Shown here: positions 29,949 to 32,000 of the stretch, piece after piece
How the letters are laid out: every line of letters begins with the position of its first letter
Position numbering within the stretch: the first letter of the stretch is position 1
Source: Mycobacterium tuberculosis H37Rv
GTDB lineage: Bacteria > Actinomycetota > Actinomycetes > Mycobacteriales > Mycobacteriaceae
NCBI RefSeq assembly: GCF_000195955.2
Contig: NC_000962.3
Location: forward strand, 3,300,001 to 3,332,000
Reading direction: 5' to 3'
Length of the DNA stretch: 32,000 bases
Position numbers and translations under genes: made by a program
The notes under the pieces: generated by a model
The model's database searches: none
What the model saw: only the letters and a program-made list of their open reading frames with translations
Told to the model about the DNA's origin: nothing

Positions 29949-31361
29949 CTACTCGACCCCGATCAGCAGCGCGTCGCCGCGGTGTCCGGTGCGGTAGGAG
30001 ACCAGCTCGGTGCCTGGATGGTGGTCGTGCACATGCCGTTCCAGGACGACAGCCACGTCTTCGGTTACGCCGGCGCCAATTAGCACCGTCACCAGATCGC
30101 CTCCCGATGCCAACAACAGGTCGACCAGACCGATGGCCGCCGCGGCGACATCGTCGGCGACGATCAGCACCTCGTCGCCCGCGATACCCAGACCGTCGCC
30201 CGGCTTGCAGGTACCGGCCCAGGTCAGCGCCTTTTGGGTGGCAATGCGCACCGATCCGTGCCGGGAAGCACCGGCGGCACGGGCCATGCTGTAGCCGTCG
30301 TCGACGGCCTGGCGGGCCGCGTCATGCACGGCCAGCGCGGCCAACCCCTGCACCATCGATCCGGTCGGCACGGGTACCACGTCGACGCCCCAGCCGATCG
30401 CCGCGGTACACCCGGCCACCAGTTCTTCGGCGGCCACATAGCCATTGGGCAGCACCATCACGTGCGCGGCGCCGGTGTCTACCACGGCCCGCACCAGCTG
30501 GTGGGCACTGATATCGGCGGCCGGTGTCACGGCGTCTGGACCCGGTCGCAGCACGCAGGCGCCCTCCCCGGCGAACAGCTCGGCGGCACCGTCGCCGTCG
30601 ACGACCGCCAGCACGGCGCGGCCCCGCGTCCAGCCACCGGCCGGCAATCCGCTGGTCCCGGAACCGAGCGCCGAGATCACGATCCGGCTAACTCGCCCCA
30701 CCGCCAATCCGGCTTCCACGGCGGCACCGGCGTCGTCGGTGTGGACGTGTACGGAGTAGCTGTCGGGCGGAGCAGCGGCGATGGCCACCGACTCACCCAA
30801 TTCCTTGAGTCGATCCCGCAACTGGTCCGCCGCTGCAGCATCACATACCGCCAACAGATACATCACCTCGAATTGCGGGGCGGGGCGTTGGGTAGCCGTG
30901 TCGGTCGGCAACGCGCGCGGCGAGGGTTCGTAGACCGCCCGGGCAGGTGCCTGCCCGCAGATGGTGGAGCGCAACGCGTCCAGCAGAACCAGCAGGCCCC
31001 GTCCGCCGGCGTCCACCGCGCCCGCATCGGCGAGCACGTCAAGCTGTTCGGGGGTCTTTTCCAGCGCGATGACCGCCGCGTCACCGGCGGCGGTGACCGC
31101 ACCGGCCAACCCCTCGTGCGCGCACTGGTCGACGGCTCCGGCGGCGGCCCGCAGCACCGAGACGATAGTTCCCGGCACCTCCACGCCACCCATCGACGCG
31201 ACGACCAACTCGACGCCGCGCCACAACGCGGCCCCGAGGGCGTTGGCGTCGACCGCCCGCAATACCGCGCCAGAGGCGGCGGCCGCAGTCGCGGTCACCT
31301 CTGCGATCCCGCGCAGGATCTGGGACAGGATCACGCCGGAGTTGCCGCGAGCTCCGTTCAA
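29949..31361 (-). CDS. DAK2/FakA-like (YloV-type) protein, large C-terminal part, Rv2974c-like
   Basis: 470-aa ORF beginning at TTG 31361 with MNGARGNSGVILSQILRGIAE, a motif that is normally internal to DAK2 domains. Confidence 0.85.
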   Translation of the reverse strand: MNGARGNSGVILSQILRGIAEVTATAAAASGAVLRAVDANALGAALWRGVELVVASMGGVEVPGTIVSVLRAAAGAVDQCAHEGLAGAVTAAGDAAVIALEKTPEQLDVLADAGAVDAGGRGLLVLLDALRSTICGQAPARAVYEPSPRALPTDTATQRPAPQFEVMYLLAVCDAAAADQLRDRLKELGESVAIAAAPPDSYSVHVHTDDAGAAVEAGLAVGRVSRIVISALGSGTSGLPAGGWTRGRAVLAVVDGDGAAELFAGEGACVLRPGPDAVTPAADISAHQLVRAVVDTGAAHVMVLPNGYVAAEELVAGCTAAIGWGVDVVPVPTGSMVQGLAALAVHDAARQAVDDGYSMARAAGASRHGSVRIATQKALTWAGTCKPGDGLGIAGDEVLIVADDVAAAAIGLVDLLLASGGDLVTVLIGAGVTEDVAVVLERHVHDHHPGTELVSYRTGHRGDALLIGVE

Positions 31362-31612
31362 CGCGCGCCGGCCGCGAGAGCGGCCGCAACCCGCGCCACG
31401 TCTTCGGCGTCAGCCTGCGAATTCGCGTGCAAATCAGCTTCTACGACCGCGGCACGCATGGTGAACAGCATGTTGACGCCGGTATCGGAGTCAGCGACCG
31501 GGAACACATTGAGCCGGTTGATCTCGTCGATGTGGAGGATCAGATCGCTGACGACGGCGTGTGCCCAGTCCCGCAAGGCCGAGGCGTCCAACGGCCGATC
31601 CGCCGTCCCCAC
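31358..31612 (-). CDS. DAK2/FakA-like N-terminal fragment, Rv2975c-like
   Basis: DASALRDWAHAVVSDLILHIDEINRLNVFPVADSDTGVNMLFTMRAAV is the DAK2 N-terminal nucleotide-binding region. The frame ends in ...AALAAGAR-stop, exactly where the next ORF resumes the conserved sequence. GTG 31612 gives 84 aa; track ORF starts at 31636. Confidence 0.8.
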   Translation of the reverse strand: MGTADRPLDASALRDWAHAVVSDLILHIDEINRLNVFPVADSDTGVNMLFTMRAAVVEADLHANSQADAEDVARVAAALAAGAR

Positions 31613-31614
31613 TA

Positions 31615-31646
31615 CAACACACCTCCTCCGCAACACACCTCCTCCG
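31615..31646. repeat. Perfect 16-bp tandem duplication (2 x CAACACACCTCCTCCG)
   Basis: Read directly: 31615-31630 and 31631-31646 are identical. Confidence 0.95.
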
Positions 31647-31853
31647 CGCCAGCCCGCGCCCCGAGCCTAACCAGACGTGGTGACAGCACGGTCACGACGC
31701 CGCTCTCCCGGCCAAGGCGGGTGCTGACATGTCCGCGAAGGGCTGATCGTTTTGGCGCTACCGCACAACAATGGCTATCCTGTGCTAGCCGCGGGCTACA
31801 CGTAGGCGTCCCGGCCAGGTCGCCGGACCTAAGAGATTTGAGGAGCTTGACGA

Positions 31854-32000
31854 ATGGCCGCTGTGTGCGATATCTGCGGGAAAGGCCCCGGCTTCGGCAA
31901 GTCGGTGTCGCACTCCCACCGCCGCACCAGCCGCCGGTGGGATCCGAACATCCAGACTGTGCACGCCGTGACCCGTCCCGGCGGCAACAAGAAGCGACTC
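31854..32000 (+). CDS. rpmB: Ribosomal protein bL28, zinc-type with N-terminal CxxC; partial, runs off window end
   Basis: [49 protein letters not shown], with GAGGAG upstream of the ATG. Missing from the ORF track, presumably because its stop lies outside. Confidence 0.93.
   Translation, partial: MAAVCDICGKGPGFGKSVSHSHRRTSRRWDPNIQTVHAVTRPGGNKKRL

Noticed and set aside
30234-31670. 478-aa plus-strand ORF antisense to the split DAK2 genes
   Set aside because: Length is impressive, but the minus strand has clear DAK2/FakA signatures. The antisense frame is Gly/Arg/His-rich shadow sequence.

Overview
This window looks like a Mycobacterium tuberculosis-complex chromosomal segment. It covers part of the phthiocerol dimycocerosate / phenolic glycolipid (PDIM/PGL) locus, followed by housekeeping genes. 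Gene names and Rv numbers come from recalled knowledge of the family and gene order, not from a database search. Order: 3' part of a chorismate pyruvate-lyase gene (Rv2949c-like), fadD29, phthiodiolone ketoreductase, phthiotriol methyltransferase, trans-acting enoyl reductase, the PGL sugar methyltransferases and glycosyltransferases (Rv2954c-Rv2959c-like), a transposase remnant, a second GT1 glycosyltransferase (Rv2962c-like), a permease (Rv2963-like), purU, coaD, rsmD, pyruvate carboxylase, a VKOR/DsbA-like pair, lipN, an aldo/keto reductase with a decayed upstream relative, an exported HNH-like protein, recG, a split DAK2/FakA-like gene, and the start of rpmB (L28). I found no convincing new multi-gene defence or biosynthetic system, CRISPR array or tRNA/rRNA. 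The points most worth a second look are: (1) a DAK2/FakA-like gene apparently split by a 2-bp CG expansion; (2) a perfect 16-bp tandem duplication carrying a strong Shine-Dalgarno at the start of that gene; (3) a degraded, internally deleted IS3-type integrase remnant next to the Rv2958c-like gene, which with the Rv2961-like remnant brackets a glycosyltransferase/methyltransferase pair; (4) a small unlisted secreted-peptide ORF downstream of purU; (5) a RicR/CsoR-like palindrome ahead of the permease; (6) a compound roughly 99-bp tandem repeat at the rsmD start with a dispersed partial copy; (7) an internally deleted aldo/keto reductase remnant.
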